A program made the translations under genes and the position numbers. Below are positions 9,527 to 18,889 of a stretch of 40,569 nt of DNA, in pieces. Under the pieces are notes generated by a model that searched no databases, was not told the origin of the DNA, and saw only the letters and a program-made list of their open reading frames with translations. The DNA comes from a virus (lineage: Duplodnaviria; Caudoviricetes): positions 1-40,569 of IMG/VR virus record IMGVR_UViG_3300049982_000268; one strand, given 5' to 3'. Position 1 is the first letter of the stretch, and every line of letters starts with the position of its first letter.

Positions 9527-10384
9527 TCACGCCTCCGGGTACTGGATCACCGATTGACGAGCCAGGAACACCACTTCGGACAGGCTGAGGCCGTCGTTGA
9601 TCCGCCCGATCGTGGCGATCCGGCGCATCAGCTGACCGTCCTTGGCGCCCGCCGCGACCTTCCGGCCGTGCCAGAACTCGTCCTGCGCAGTCGCGACCCG
9701 GCCCGGCTCGAACGGGTTCACCTCGGGGTGCACGTCCAGATCCACCAGCGAGCCGCACAGCCGCATCCCGCAGTACCAGTGCGCGTGGTCGCGGTCGTCC
9801 GTGACGATGGCCGTGTCGGCGGTGCCGCAGCGCGGGCAGGCCGCGCCCTCCAGGGTGATGCCCGGCACGGTGCCCGGCCGCTTGCGGCGGCCGAGGAACG
9901 GCGTCTTCGTCACGAACGGCGCGGGGTACTCGTGCTTGGCGACCAGCGGGTCCGGGACGTCCGCGCCGTACCCGGGATCCGGGTGGTGCTTGTCGTAAAC
10001 GTAGAGGTTGCTCTGCTCCACGACGCCCGGCTGCTTCTTCGTCGGCACCCGGCCGTTGATCTCGGTGTGCTCGGAGGCGCCCATGCCGCTGGCGTCCGGG
10101 CCGGGACCGGCGTACTCGTCCCAGCCCGCCACCGGGTCATCGCCCACGTAGCCCTTGCGGTCCGCGTCGCCGGGCGCGGGCATGCCCGGCTGCTTGGCCA
10201 CGCGCATGAAGTCGGCGAAGACCGGGGCGGGACCGGCGAGCGCCGCGACGCGCTGGATCTGCTCGGGCGAGCCCATCCACAGGTCGACGTCCTCGGAGCC
10301 ACAGCCGTCGTGCACCACCTTGGCGGCCAGGCGCGGGACCTGCCCGCGCTCGCCGCATCCGTTGCAGAAGACCTCGACGGTCAC
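9527..10384 (-). CDS. Zn-finger-containing hypothetical protein
   Basis: CNGC...HDGC and CPRC...CGMRLC motifs; GTGA overlap with the upstream stop. Confidence 0.75.
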   Translation of the reverse strand: MTVEVFCNGCGERGQVPRLAAKVVHDGCGSEDVDLWMGSPEQIQRVAALAGPAPVFADFMRVAKQPGMPAPGDADRKGYVGDDPVAGWDEYAGPGPDASGMGASEHTEINGRVPTKKQPGVVEQSNLYVYDKHHPDPGYGADVPDPLVAKHEYPAPFVTKTPFLGRRKRPGTVPGITLEGAACPRCGTADTAIVTDDRDHAHWYCGMRLCGSLVDLDVHPEVNPFEPGRVATAQDEFWHGRKVAAGAKDGQLMRRIATIGRINDGLSLSEVVFLARQSVIQYPEA

Positions 10385-12702
10385 TGGCGCTCCTCCTCGT
10401 CTTCCTCGCCGCCCGGTTCGCCCTCGGAAGAGCGAACGGGGATCGGCTGGCCGGGGCGCTGTGGAGTGTTGATCCGGCGGGACTCCGCGTCCTGCCGGGG
10501 CCGCTGCTCGGCGGGCTTGTTCCAGTTGTTCAGGTAGAACTCGTCGCCGGACTCGACACCCAGCGGGTTCTCCGCCGTCGGCCGGTTCATGGTGTCGGCG
10601 ATGACGTAGCGCAAGGCCGTGACGCCCATCCCCGCGCCCATGCCCATTCCGCCCGCCATGGCGGGCTCCTGGGGCGGGTTCTGGCCCGCGAAGGGGTGCG
10701 TGCTCACCGAGTCGTTCGGGATCGTCAGCGGCGGTCCTGCGACCGATCCGGCACCGCCCGGCTCCATGCTCTGCGGGGTCGGCGGCGCGCCCATCGGGTC
10801 GACCTGGGTCTGCGAGGTGTCACCGGCGACATCCGGCGACGAGGAGGCCTCGCCGAGCACCCAGCGCGCGACCTTGCGCGAGGCGGCCTTGGCCGACTCG
10901 CTGGCGCCCGGCACATTGCTGTACAGCGCCTTCTGGAACTGACGAGCCTCGCTCTCGGACTTCGGCTCTTCGTTCTTCCGCTCGCCCTTGGCGTTGAATA
11001 CTGCGTACCCGCCGTCGACCTCGCGGACCTCGTACGGAGCGTGCTCGCCGCCGCCGGGCGCGGTGTGCCGAACGGCCATCACGCGGTTGCCCTGCTGAGC
11101 CCTCACCCACGGGTGGTCATCGTGCAGCCGGACGCCGTGGCCCGGGTCGCCGGTCAGGTGCCGCCAGGTGTCGTCCTGGCGGTAGACCGGTGCGTTGCAG
11201 TGCGCGCAGGCGCCGTGGTTGTCCTTCTCGGCCGTCACGCGCGCGCCGGAGTGGGCATTCGAGTACAACGGGGTCGGCGCGGCGGGCTGACCGGTCTGCG
11301 GCGGCACCGCGCCGTACCAGTCGGCGCGCTCGTCCGGCTCCGGCAGGCTCATGTCCGGCGCGAAGCCGTCCTGGCCGTTCGTGACGCCCTCGGGTGCGTC
11401 GAAGTACAGCGGGTTCCTGGACCCGGCCGCGCCGGTCTCCACGCCCTCGCCTCGATAGTGCGTGGCGTGGTCCGGGTGAGCGTCGGCGGCGGCCTTCTTC
11501 GAACGGCTGTCCCGGTACAGGCGCTCGACCTCGCCCTTGCCCATCTCCACGCTGGGCGTCGAGAAGTGCTTGACCTCGTCGTCCGGGGTGTCCAAGCCAC
11601 GGTGACGGAAGTGCGCGTACGCGCCGCCACCTTCCTCCTTCTTCCGGGGCCGGACGTGCGCGATCTCGTCGTCGCTGCCCGTCGGGAAGCCGTAGGCGTG
11701 CCCGTTGTCGTGCACCCACTCGATCGCGGGCGCCGACTTCGCGCTCTGCTTGCCGAACTCCATCGGCCGCTCGACCCAGTCCTTGCCCGGCGGGATCGTC
11801 CACTGCGATGGCGCCATCGGGAACTGGGCGTTCATCGGGTTCCAGGGGTCCGGCGCCGCCTGGGCGAAGCCCTGGGAGTTACCGGTCGCCGGGCCCGCTT
11901 CCGGGCCCGAGTCGAAAAAAGCCGGATTGCCCTGGTTCGCGGTCTCCGTGCCGCCGTCGGGCACGTCGGCCTCCGACACCGCCAGGTGATCGAAGAGGCT
12001 GGGCGCCGCCTCCAGCTGGGCGTCGGTGGCCAGGAGAGCCTCCCGCGCGCCTGCGCCGCCGTCCTGGACGGCCATGGAGGCTTCCGCGCTCAGGGTGGCG
12101 CTCCCGTGCTCCTCGATGACGACCCCGGTCAGGAGGAGGTAGTCATCACGCAGGGACGCGGTCACCTGGTCACGGAAGCCGGTGTCGGGGAACAGGTCCT
12201 CCAGCTCGGGCTCCACGAGCGCCACGCGGTGACCGAACTCCCGCTCGGATTTGGCCTCCGCGAGGAAGGGCCAGATTCCGGCGGCAGCCACCTTGGCGCG
12301 CACGAGGCGCTCGTTGCTCAGTTCCAGTTCGGCATCCTGGGACGCCAGGACCCACAGGTCGGCAGTCATCGTCTCCTCCATCGGCGTGCGCCGGGCGTTG
12401 TGCAGGGTCGTGACGTCCACGTTCGGCCCGGGTCCGGTGTACGGAGTGGGGCTGTAGGGCGGCTTCTTCGGCTCGTCCGGGGACTTCCACATCGGGTCGG
12501 TCGTGACCGGCTGGCCCGTGGGCTCGGCGCCGTTGTAGGGCGAGGGCCCGCCGGGCGTGGCGGGGTCCTGCCCGTCGGTCGCGGGCTCGGCCACCAGATC
12601 CCGGGGATTCTGGAAGCCTTCGGGGTCCTGCGACTGCGGGTCCAGGGACATGCCCTGGACGTCCGCAGACGAGAACCCGTCAGCCAGCCGGTACAGGTTC
12701 AT
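10381..12702 (-). CDS. Large modular Pro/Gly-rich putative head/internal virion protein
   Basis: Start moved to ATG 12702 (TGATG coupling); low-complexity linkers between small domains, one with CAHC. Confidence 0.7.
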   Translation of the reverse strand: MNLYRLADGFSSADVQGMSLDPQSQDPEGFQNPRDLVAEPATDGQDPATPGGPSPYNGAEPTGQPVTTDPMWKSPDEPKKPPYSPTPYTGPGPNVDVTTLHNARRTPMEETMTADLWVLASQDAELELSNERLVRAKVAAAGIWPFLAEAKSEREFGHRVALVEPELEDLFPDTGFRDQVTASLRDDYLLLTGVVIEEHGSATLSAEASMAVQDGGAGAREALLATDAQLEAAPSLFDHLAVSEADVPDGGTETANQGNPAFFDSGPEAGPATGNSQGFAQAAPDPWNPMNAQFPMAPSQWTIPPGKDWVERPMEFGKQSAKSAPAIEWVHDNGHAYGFPTGSDDEIAHVRPRKKEEGGGAYAHFRHRGLDTPDDEVKHFSTPSVEMGKGEVERLYRDSRSKKAAADAHPDHATHYRGEGVETGAAGSRNPLYFDAPEGVTNGQDGFAPDMSLPEPDERADWYGAVPPQTGQPAAPTPLYSNAHSGARVTAEKDNHGACAHCNAPVYRQDDTWRHLTGDPGHGVRLHDDHPWVRAQQGNRVMAVRHTAPGGGEHAPYEVREVDGGYAVFNAKGERKNEEPKSESEARQFQKALYSNVPGASESAKAASRKVARWVLGEASSSPDVAGDTSQTQVDPMGAPPTPQSMEPGGAGSVAGPPLTIPNDSVSTHPFAGQNPPQEPAMAGGMGMGAGMGVTALRYVIADTMNRPTAENPLGVESGDEFYLNNWNKPAEQRPRQDAESRRINTPQRPGQPIPVRSSEGEPGGEEDEEERQ

Positions 12703-14048
12703 CAGGCCTGCTTGTCCAGCCACTGCTCGCGGACGGCGATGAACTTCAGGGCCCGCTGGATCTCCGGGTCCTGCGCGTGCCGGGCGCCGGTGGCCATCTG
12801 CCGCCCGCCGACGTCGGCGTGGGTGTCCGCGCCCGGGGCCCAGGTGCCCGGGTTGTTGGTCAGGTCGTCGGCCTCGGCCGCGCCGTAGGGCTTGAGCGGC
12901 TGGTTGCCGTTGTCGCCACCCTCGCCGTAGACCGGATCCGGCTGGCCGAGGTTGTGGCCCGGCGCGCCCGGGGGCACTTCCTGGTAGCCGCCCGCGCCCA
13001 TGTCCCCGGCCCAGCCGGAGTCGTCCACGAACCCGGCTTCCTTCATCGCCTGCGCGTAGGCCCGCTGCGCGGCGATCTTGGCCCGGCGCGAGGCGCCCCG
13101 GCGGCTGTCCCGCTCGGCCAGCTGGTTGCGGGTCTCGGCGATGGTGCGGTCGACGTTCGCGCCGCCGATCTCCCAGGTGATCGGGAAGGCCACGTCGGGG
13201 GGCAGCGGGGTGGGCTCCACGGCGGTGTCGCTCGGGTTCTCCACCTGCTGGACCTGGGGCAGGCCGGAGTACGCCTCGTGGCGGCTGGCCGACCGCTGGC
13301 TGTTGTTCATGTTGCTCCCGTCTCGCTGGGTTCCTGCGTCACCGTTGGCCAGATCCGCCGAGGGGTCGGTCTGTCCGAGCGCCGGATCGTTCACCGGCAC
13401 CACGTCCTGGGAAGCCCCGGCGCCGCCGTTGGCCTCCAGCTCCTGAATCTGCGGAGCGCGCTCGGAGGTGGTGGCCTCCAGCGGCAGCGCCGCGTCGTAG
13501 TTGCCCGCCGCGTTCGGGTTGCTCATGTCGGCCGGGTTGGCGGGCTCGGAGACCTGGGGCAGCCCGCTGGCGGACTCCCTGATCGAGCCGGTGCGCACGT
13601 CGCGGGCACGCAGCTCGGTCGCCTGGGCCACGAAGTCCTGGTAGGCGTTCTCGGCCTGCTCGCCGAAGGATCCGGCCACGACGGCGGCCACCCCGGCCAC
13701 GTGCTGCCCGAACTCGGCCGCATCGGCCTTGACCTCGGGAGAGACCTTGCCGTACCAGAGCGCGGCCTCGGCGGTGATCGTGTGCGCCATGGCGGTGTGG
13801 TCGGTGACGGTGGTGTCCAGCTCGGCCAGCCAGTCGCTCGCGGCGGTCACGTGGCTGAAGACCGGCACGGCCTCGCGGCGGTCGGCCAGCAGGGTGTTCG
13901 ACCAGTCCAGCTCGCGGCGCGCCTGGGCCTCCGCGCGGAGGTGATGCTGGACCTGCTGAGCCTCGCCAACCAGTCGCCGCTGGTCGGCCAGAGTCGGTGC
14001 CTGGGCGGCCTCGCGCAGCAGCCGCGCGGCGTCTTGGCTGTTCGGCAT
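12702..14048 (-). CDS. Putative virion structural protein (first gene of the head module)
   Basis: MPNSQDAARLL... start at 14048 with GGAAGG RBS; internal SGLPQV repeat. Confidence 0.7.
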   Translation of the reverse strand: MPNSQDAARLLREAAQAPTLADQRRLVGEAQQVQHHLRAEAQARRELDWSNTLLADRREAVPVFSHVTAASDWLAELDTTVTDHTAMAHTITAEAALWYGKVSPEVKADAAEFGQHVAGVAAVVAGSFGEQAENAYQDFVAQATELRARDVRTGSIRESASGLPQVSEPANPADMSNPNAAGNYDAALPLEATTSERAPQIQELEANGGAGASQDVVPVNDPALGQTDPSADLANGDAGTQRDGSNMNNSQRSASRHEAYSGLPQVQQVENPSDTAVEPTPLPPDVAFPITWEIGGANVDRTIAETRNQLAERDSRRGASRRAKIAAQRAYAQAMKEAGFVDDSGWAGDMGAGGYQEVPPGAPGHNLGQPDPVYGEGGDNGNQPLKPYGAAEADDLTNNPGTWAPGADTHADVGGRQMATGARHAQDPEIQRALKFIAVREQWLDKQA

Positions 14049-14132
14049 GGGACAACGCCTTCCCGTGGATGTCTCTCTCGGACATTGGTGCGGGAAGGCT
14101 GCTGAGCACACAGGAGGAGCTGGAGACGCGAA

Positions 14133-14170
14133 ACGACCCCGGCCCGAGGATGGGAGGGAGCCGGGGTCGT
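14133..14170 (-). terminator. Intrinsic terminator between early and structural genes
   Basis: ACGACCCCGGC...GCCGGGGTCGT inverted repeat followed by TT on the minus strand. Confidence 0.55.
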
Positions 14171-14211
14171 CAGCCCGGGGGTTGCTCACCCCGGGGGAGG
14201 GGAACTACAGG

Positions 14212-14709
14212 CTAGCTCATCCGGGAGCGCCAGACGACCAGCCGACGGCCTGCATCGTGGTCGCCGCGCTCGCGGGTCGAGTCGGTGGTCTTGTCGGTCT
14301 TGGAGATGAAGCCCTTCCCCTCGGCGCGCTTGAGCATGGCCGCCATCCCGGCGGTCTTCGGCACGGTGTCGCCGAGGATGGCCCAGACGGCGTCGGTGGT
14401 GAACTCGCCGTTGCGCTCGGCCGCCTCGGTGATGGCCGCCTCGACTAGGAGCTGCTCGGCCGGGCTCCAGCTCTTCGCTGCGCGCTCGGAGCCCGCCATC
14501 CCGCCCAGCTTGGCCGCCATGGCCCGCAGGCCGCGCTCAGCGCCTTTCAGGTCGCTTTGCGCCGTGGCCACCGGCGTCCAGCCCGGGTTCTTCCAATCCA
14601 CGTAACCCCCGGCGCGGTCGCTCCACCCGGAGCAGCTGTGGTGGTTCGGTGCCGTCTTGTTGCACACGGCGTCACCGTCCGGCTGGGCGTTGCGGCACTC
14701 ACTCGGCAT
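14212..14709 (-). CDS. Hypothetical protein, possible C-terminal winged helix
   Basis: MPSECRN... start overlaps the upstream gene; C-terminal FTTDAVW...GMAAMLKRAEGKGFI segment. Confidence 0.65.
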   Translation of the reverse strand: MPSECRNAQPDGDAVCNKTAPNHHSCSGWSDRAGGYVDWKNPGWTPVATAQSDLKGAERGLRAMAAKLGGMAGSERAAKSWSPAEQLLVEAAITEAAERNGEFTTDAVWAILGDTVPKTAGMAAMLKRAEGKGFISKTDKTTDSTRERGDHDAGRRLVVWRSRMS

Positions 14710-15031
14710 CCGGATCCTCGTCCTCTGCATCCGGGTCGTCCTCGGGAAACTCCGGCTCGGGGACGTGGTCGTCGGGCCCGAAGGAGTGCAGGCAGCCGAC
14801 GCGGAAGGTGCCCCGCCAGCGGTCCGGCTCGGTCGGGTCGTTGGACCAGTGCGCCCGCTCGGCCATGGCGATGGTCGGCACTGTCGTGATGACGATGTCC
14901 TCCTGCTCGACCTGGAAGAACCTCGCCGCGTACTCGCGTGCCTTCTCGTCCATCTCCGGATAGCTGCCGCCCTCGACCGGCACCGAGACGTAGGCCTTCA
15001 CCATCCGGCGGACGCCGCTCTCCTGGGTCAT
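14699..15031 (-). CDS. Hypothetical protein
   Basis: MTQESGVRR..., TGATG coupled. Confidence 0.65.
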   Translation of the reverse strand: MTQESGVRRMVKAYVSVPVEGGSYPEMDEKAREYAARFFQVEQEDIVITTVPTIAMAERAHWSNDPTEPDRWRGTFRVGCLHSFGPDDHVPEPEFPEDDPDAEDEDPDAE

Positions 15032-15594
15032 CAGCCGTTCACCTTCGTCATCGAGGGGTCCGGCGCCGGAGAGGGCTCCTGCCACCGGCCGTCGTCCTTG
15101 CACCACGGGCACCAGGGCACCAGCCAGGCGTGCGTCTGCGAGGCCTTGTCGAGGAGGCCATAGGCGAAGAAGAGCGCGACGACGTAGGTGACGTACGGCC
15201 AGTGGTTGAGGAAGATGACCGGCACGTACAGGGCCAGGACGAAGGCGATGTAGACCCAGCGGTTGGTGCTCACCTTCCGGTGGTGGACCCACAGCTGGCG
15301 CATGTGCTTCTGGGCGACCTCGGGTCCTCCGGCGGGCTGGTGGAAGCAGTACTCGCAGAAGCCGCGCATGTGCTTCATGCTGGACCAGGCCTCGAAGAAG
15401 ATCAGGAAGACGAAGATCTGGCTCAGGACGAAGGCGATCCACTGCCCGGTCGAGTTGATGCCGTAGGCGATCTCCTGGGCCGGTGCGATCACCAGGAGGG
15501 CCAACGGAACGAACAGCGGGTGGTGGGCAATCCACTGCCCGCGCTTGCTCGGCTCCTTCTTGAACAGGGGGCTGTCGGGCCCGAGAACGCTCAT
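15031..15594 (-). CDS. Membrane protein
   Basis: About four TM segments plus CEYC and CPWC motifs; variant start motif upstream. Confidence 0.75.
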   Translation of the reverse strand: MSVLGPDSPLFKKEPSKRGQWIAHHPLFVPLALLVIAPAQEIAYGINSTGQWIAFVLSQIFVFLIFFEAWSSMKHMRGFCEYCFHQPAGGPEVAQKHMRQLWVHHRKVSTNRWVYIAFVLALYVPVIFLNHWPYVTYVVALFFAYGLLDKASQTHAWLVPWCPWCKDDGRWQEPSPAPDPSMTKVNG

Positions 15595-15709
15595 CGTGTT
15601 CCTTCCGGTGCAGGTGTACGGGGAGACGAACGAGCCCGCGCGGCTCGGGGTTACCACGCGGGCTCGTTCAACAGCCGGATGACGGTGTCGGGGGACCGCC
15701 ATCCGGAGA

Positions 15710-15961
15710 CTAGTTGGCCAGCGCGGCGAGTCCGGCTTCGGTGAGCGCGGCGGGCACCAGCTCGCCCGGCAGTCCCGGGCGGCCGAGGCTCAGCAGGCCC
15801 TGGTGGGCCAGCGTGTGCGCGGTGAACTGATCACCGCAGCTCAGGCCGTCGATGTAGAGATCCGGCTCGCAGCTGCACCGCAGGGTGCCGCGTCCGGCGC
15901 CGACGGCGCGCAGGAAGGCGAGTGCGCGGTGGTTGGTTCTCGGGGGTTCGGTTGTGGTCAT
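15710..15961 (-). CDS. Conserved actinomycete-type hypothetical protein
   Basis: RALAFLRAVGAGRG...SCEPDLYIDGLSCGDQFTAH; family recalled from Pseudonocardiaceae-type genomes, not verified. Confidence 0.65.
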   Translation of the reverse strand: MTTTEPPRTNHRALAFLRAVGAGRGTLRCSCEPDLYIDGLSCGDQFTAHTLAHQGLLSLGRPGLPGELVPAALTEAGLAALAN

Positions 15962-16067
15962 AGCCCTCAGCTCCAGGTTTCGAGGGGCGCGTCCACACGT
16001 TGAGGAGCGACTGAGACCGTGATCACAGTCCTGACCTCCGGTGCGGTCCGTGTTCGTTGATCTCTCC

Positions 16068-16095
16068 ACCCTACCCGATCTGATAATAGAGTCAA
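16068..16095 (-). promoter_or_regulatory. Sigma-70-type promoter with degenerate operator
   Basis: TTGACT-N16-TAGGGT; operator TACCCGATCTGATA at 16072-16085. Confidence 0.6.
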
Positions 16096-16124
16096 CCCCC
16101 GCCCGATCACTCGGACGGGGGTTG
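16093..16124 (-). terminator. Hairpin downstream of the LuxR-family gene
   Basis: CAACCCCCG...CGGGGGTTG inverted repeat. Confidence 0.45.
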
Positions 16125-16163
16125 CTCACACCCCGGAAGCCGCCTGCGGCCCGTGCTGATCGA

Positions 16164-16445
16164 TCACTGATCGGCGGTCGCAGCTTCGGGTTGCTCCTCG
16201 GTGGCCTTCTTCAGCTGCTCGCGCAGGCTCTCGATGTCCTCGGGGTCGAGGATGTTCTCGATGTAGCCCACGCTCACCGCCTCGGCGCGGTTGCTCACGC
16301 CGAGTTTGTCGAAGATGTGACGCGCGTGGATCTTCGCGTTGTCCACCTTCGTCTCGATCTGGCGGGCGATCTGTTCGTTGCTGAGTCCGGCGGCCATGAG
16401 CCGGAAGACTTCCCCCTCGCGGTCGGTCAGGGTGCGGATCGTCAT
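16164..16445 (-). CDS. Stand-alone LuxR-family HTH transcriptional regulator
   Basis: LTDREGEVFRLMAAGLSNEQIA...KIHARHIFDKLGVSNRAEAV is a classic GerE/LuxR HTH. Confidence 0.9.
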   Translation of the reverse strand: MTIRTLTDREGEVFRLMAAGLSNEQIARQIETKVDNAKIHARHIFDKLGVSNRAEAVSVGYIENILDPEDIESLREQLKKATEEQPEAATADQ

Positions 16446-16506
16446 GATCGTTCTCGCTTCGTTCGTAGGGCGGCGGGTGTGCCGGGGTGCGGGTGTTCCT
16501 GATCCA

Positions 16507-16535
16507 ATACTACCCGGTTGGGCAGTACCCGTCCA
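16507..16535 (-). promoter_or_regulatory. Promoter with operator upstream of the LuxR gene
   Basis: TGGACG-N17-TAGTAT; operator TACCCGGTTGGGCA at 16511-16524. Confidence 0.6.
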
Positions 16536-16824
16536 GGGAGGGGCACTGCTTCGTCAGGGACTTCGCCTTCCGGGTGACGTCGTCGATGATCTCCACGTGG
16601 ACCACGTGCCGCCGCCGGAGGCCGAGATGGGCGGCGAGGCTGCGCACGGCGGACTCGTACCGGGCGCCGGTGCCCATCCGCTCGTCGGCGAAGGCGATGT
16701 AGCTCTGGACCCCCTGGCGCAGGATCTCGCCGGTGATCCCGGGCTCGCGGAAGAGCACCTCGGCGCGGCCCCACGCGGTGATCGTGACCTCCGCCGTGAT
16801 CGGCTCCTTGGCCGGGGTGGTCAC
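16510..16824 (-). CDS. Hypothetical protein
   Basis: GTGA coupled to the upstream gene. Confidence 0.6.
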   Translation of the reverse strand: MTTPAKEPITAEVTITAWGRAEVLFREPGITGEILRQGVQSYIAFADERMGTGARYESAVRSLAAHLGLRRRHVVHVEIIDDVTRKAKSLTKQCPSLDGYCPTG

Positions 16825-17294
16825 TGCTCCAGGCCTTCGCGGATGACGGCGACCGCGCGGACCGCGTCGAAGCTCAGGTCGTTGAACGGGTGGTCGCGGA
16901 TCGTGCCGCCGTGGAACTCCTCGGACCGGCCGTGCTCGTAGGCGTGGTAGTCGCGGGCGTCGGCGTCGGACAGCTCGTGCGCGTTCGCCAGGGCGTGCCG
17001 GGAGGCGAGGTGTGCCTGGAGCGGGGTCAGCCCGGCCCGGGCGATGAGCAGGAGCTGATCGGCGAACTCCTCCAGCTGCTCGGGGGTGACCGTCCCGTGG
17101 GCGCAGCCGTTGCGCTGGGTGGCGTCGGAGATGCTCACGGACGCGCTCAGCGTGCCCTCGTCGTCCCAGCCGAAGTTGATCCGACAGCCGAACGCGAGGT
17201 CCCAGCCGACCGTCGGCGTGCAGGGGATGAAGCGGTGCTCGTCGTAGTCGTAGCTGATGCCCGGCTCGCCGAGCACGGGCTTGATGTCGGTCAC
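16821..17294 (-). CDS. Hypothetical protein
   Basis: CCGCACTGGAGG start motif at 17301-17312. Confidence 0.7.
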   Translation of the reverse strand: MTDIKPVLGEPGISYDYDEHRFIPCTPTVGWDLAFGCRINFGWDDEGTLSASVSISDATQRNGCAHGTVTPEQLEEFADQLLLIARAGLTPLQAHLASRHALANAHELSDADARDYHAYEHGRSEEFHGGTIRDHPFNDLSFDAVRAVAVIREGLEQ

Positions 17295-17319
17295 GGTGAT
17301 CCTCCAGTGCGGATTGTGG

Positions 17320-17598
17320 TCAGATAACGGCGCAGCACTCCGCGACGTACGCGGTGTCCGGCAGCAGCTCGTGGCCGCCGCCGCGCCGAATTACGGTCTC
17401 GGCGTCGAACGGGGTGTTGCACTTCGCGCAGCGGCCGGGGTACTGGGAGACGAACCAGCGCGGGTCGGTCGCCAACAGGTGCTCGCGCAGCGCGGCGGTC
17501 TCCGTGTCGACCTGTTCCTCGACGGTCTGGTTGTTCCCACGGCAGTGCGCGCAGCCGAGCACGGCCATGTCGTACTTCTCGCACCAGGCTTCGGTCAT
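17320..17598 (-). CDS. Cys-rich hypothetical protein
   Basis: MTEAWCEK..., CAHC and CAKC motifs; GAGGAGG RBS. Confidence 0.7.
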   Translation of the reverse strand: MTEAWCEKYDMAVLGCAHCRGNNQTVEEQVDTETAALREHLLATDPRWFVSQYPGRCAKCNTPFDAETVIRRGGGHELLPDTAYVAECCAVI

Positions 17599-17846
17599 CG
17601 GGTCCTCCTCGTGGAGATGCCTCCGGCGCCGGACGGTGCCTTGGGTCCGATCGTGGGTAGCGGGCGCCACTTGACCCACCGGAGACGGGGATGGCTGGGC
17701 ATATTCGGGCCGGAGACGACCCAGATCTGCTCGCAGGTCTCGCACTGCCAGCGCGTGCCCTCGGGCAGCTCAGGACGGAACCAGGGTGAGATCGATGGTG
17801 GCCTGCAAGGATGATCCGGCTCGCGCTCCGGCGGGAGGAAGCCCAT
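17595..17846 (-). CDS. Hypothetical protein
   Basis: MGFLPPER..., WQCETC; good RBS but overlaps the upstream ORF by ~77 nt. Confidence 0.5.
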   Translation of the reverse strand: MGFLPPEREPDHPCRPPSISPWFRPELPEGTRWQCETCEQIWVVSGPNMPSHPRLRWVKWRPLPTIGPKAPSGAGGISTRRTR

Positions 17847-18123
17847 CAGGCCCCTCCCGCCGGATCTCGACGAGAACATCGCAGACGTCCTCGGCCAGCC
17901 CCTCGCAGGCGTAGTAGTGATCGACATCCTCGTCCGGGAAGTGCTCGTCCACGAGGACGGTCAGCACGGCCTGGACAGCCTTCACCGCCTGTCCGAGGCA
18001 GTCCGGACAGCGGTCCCGGTCGTCGAGCGCCTCGGCCGCCGGGACGTGTCCGGTGTGGATGCACTCGTCCGCGACGGCGTCGTACGCGGCGATGTACAGC
18101 CGCTTGCGCATCTGCTCGCTCAT
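17770..18123 (-). CDS. Hypothetical protein
   Basis: MSEQMRK..., TGATG coupled. Confidence 0.6.
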   Translation of the reverse strand: MSEQMRKRLYIAAYDAVADECIHTGHVPAAEALDDRDRCPDCLGQAVKAVQAVLTVLVDEHFPDEDVDHYYACEGLAEDVCDVLVEIRREGPDGLPPAGARAGSSLQATIDLTLVPS

Positions 18124-18347
18124 CACTTCCACTCCTCGGGCATCTTGTCCCAGCCGTAAAAAGTACGGGTGTACTGCTCGCCGCCGTCGACCTTGCCCGT
18201 GACGTTCGGGGCCACACGGACCACGGCCTCGATCGCGTCGAGCACCGGGCCGAGGTCGGCGAAGTGCAGCGTCGAGAGCGTGATCGTCGCGGTGTACTGC
18301 TCGGGCGGCTTCTCGCGCGCCCGGCCGAAGAGCTGTATCTCGGCCAT
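18123..18347 (-). CDS. Hypothetical protein
   Basis: 74-aa ORF in operon. Confidence 0.65.
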   Translation of the reverse strand: MAEIQLFGRAREKPPEQYTATITLSTLHFADLGPVLDAIEAVVRVAPNVTGKVDGGEQYTRTFYGWDKMPEEWK

Positions 18348-18349
18348 CG

Positions 18350-18847
18350 TCAGCCCCGGTACGACGCGAGCAGCCAGCGTGGTTTCTGCGGCTGACCGTC
18401 CTTCTCGTAGGTCCGGTAGATGAGGTCCTCGGTGCCGAGGATCTTCAGCACGGCGGCCAGTTTGCCATCCCAGTCCTCCTCGATGCGCTGACGCTCCAAC
18501 GCGGCGAAGTCGATGTCCTCGGCGTTGCCCCGGTAGACCGTGATCTCGTGGGTGACCAGCATGTACATCGGGGATTCGCCTGAACAGTACGAGTGGAACC
18601 AGACGCCCCAGTGCTTTGCGACGTCCTCGGGGTCGAAGTACTCGCCGTCGACCGGATGCCCGGCGGCGGCCAGCAGCTTGCGCGAGGCCCAGTCCTGGAA
18701 GTCGAAGTCGTAGTACTCGTCGCTGCCCGGCGCAGCGTCGAAGTCGGTCGGGCGCCAGCTCTCGTACTCGTCGAGTCCGGCCACCGGCGGCTCGTTGTCG
18801 CCGAAGTCGTAGCCGTAGGCCAGAATGCCGTTCGTGCTCTGTCCCAT
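18350..18847 (-). CDS. Hypothetical phage protein
   Basis: MGQSTNGILAYGYD...PRWLLASYRG; GAGG RBS. Confidence 0.75.
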   Translation of the reverse strand: MGQSTNGILAYGYDFGDNEPPVAGLDEYESWRPTDFDAAPGSDEYYDFDFQDWASRKLLAAAGHPVDGEYFDPEDVAKHWGVWFHSYCSGESPMYMLVTHEITVYRGNAEDIDFAALERQRIEEDWDGKLAAVLKILGTEDLIYRTYEKDGQPQKPRWLLASYRG

Positions 18848-18889
18848 GTGGTCAGTCCTCGCGTTTCTGGTCGGGAGTGAAGTAGCCGG

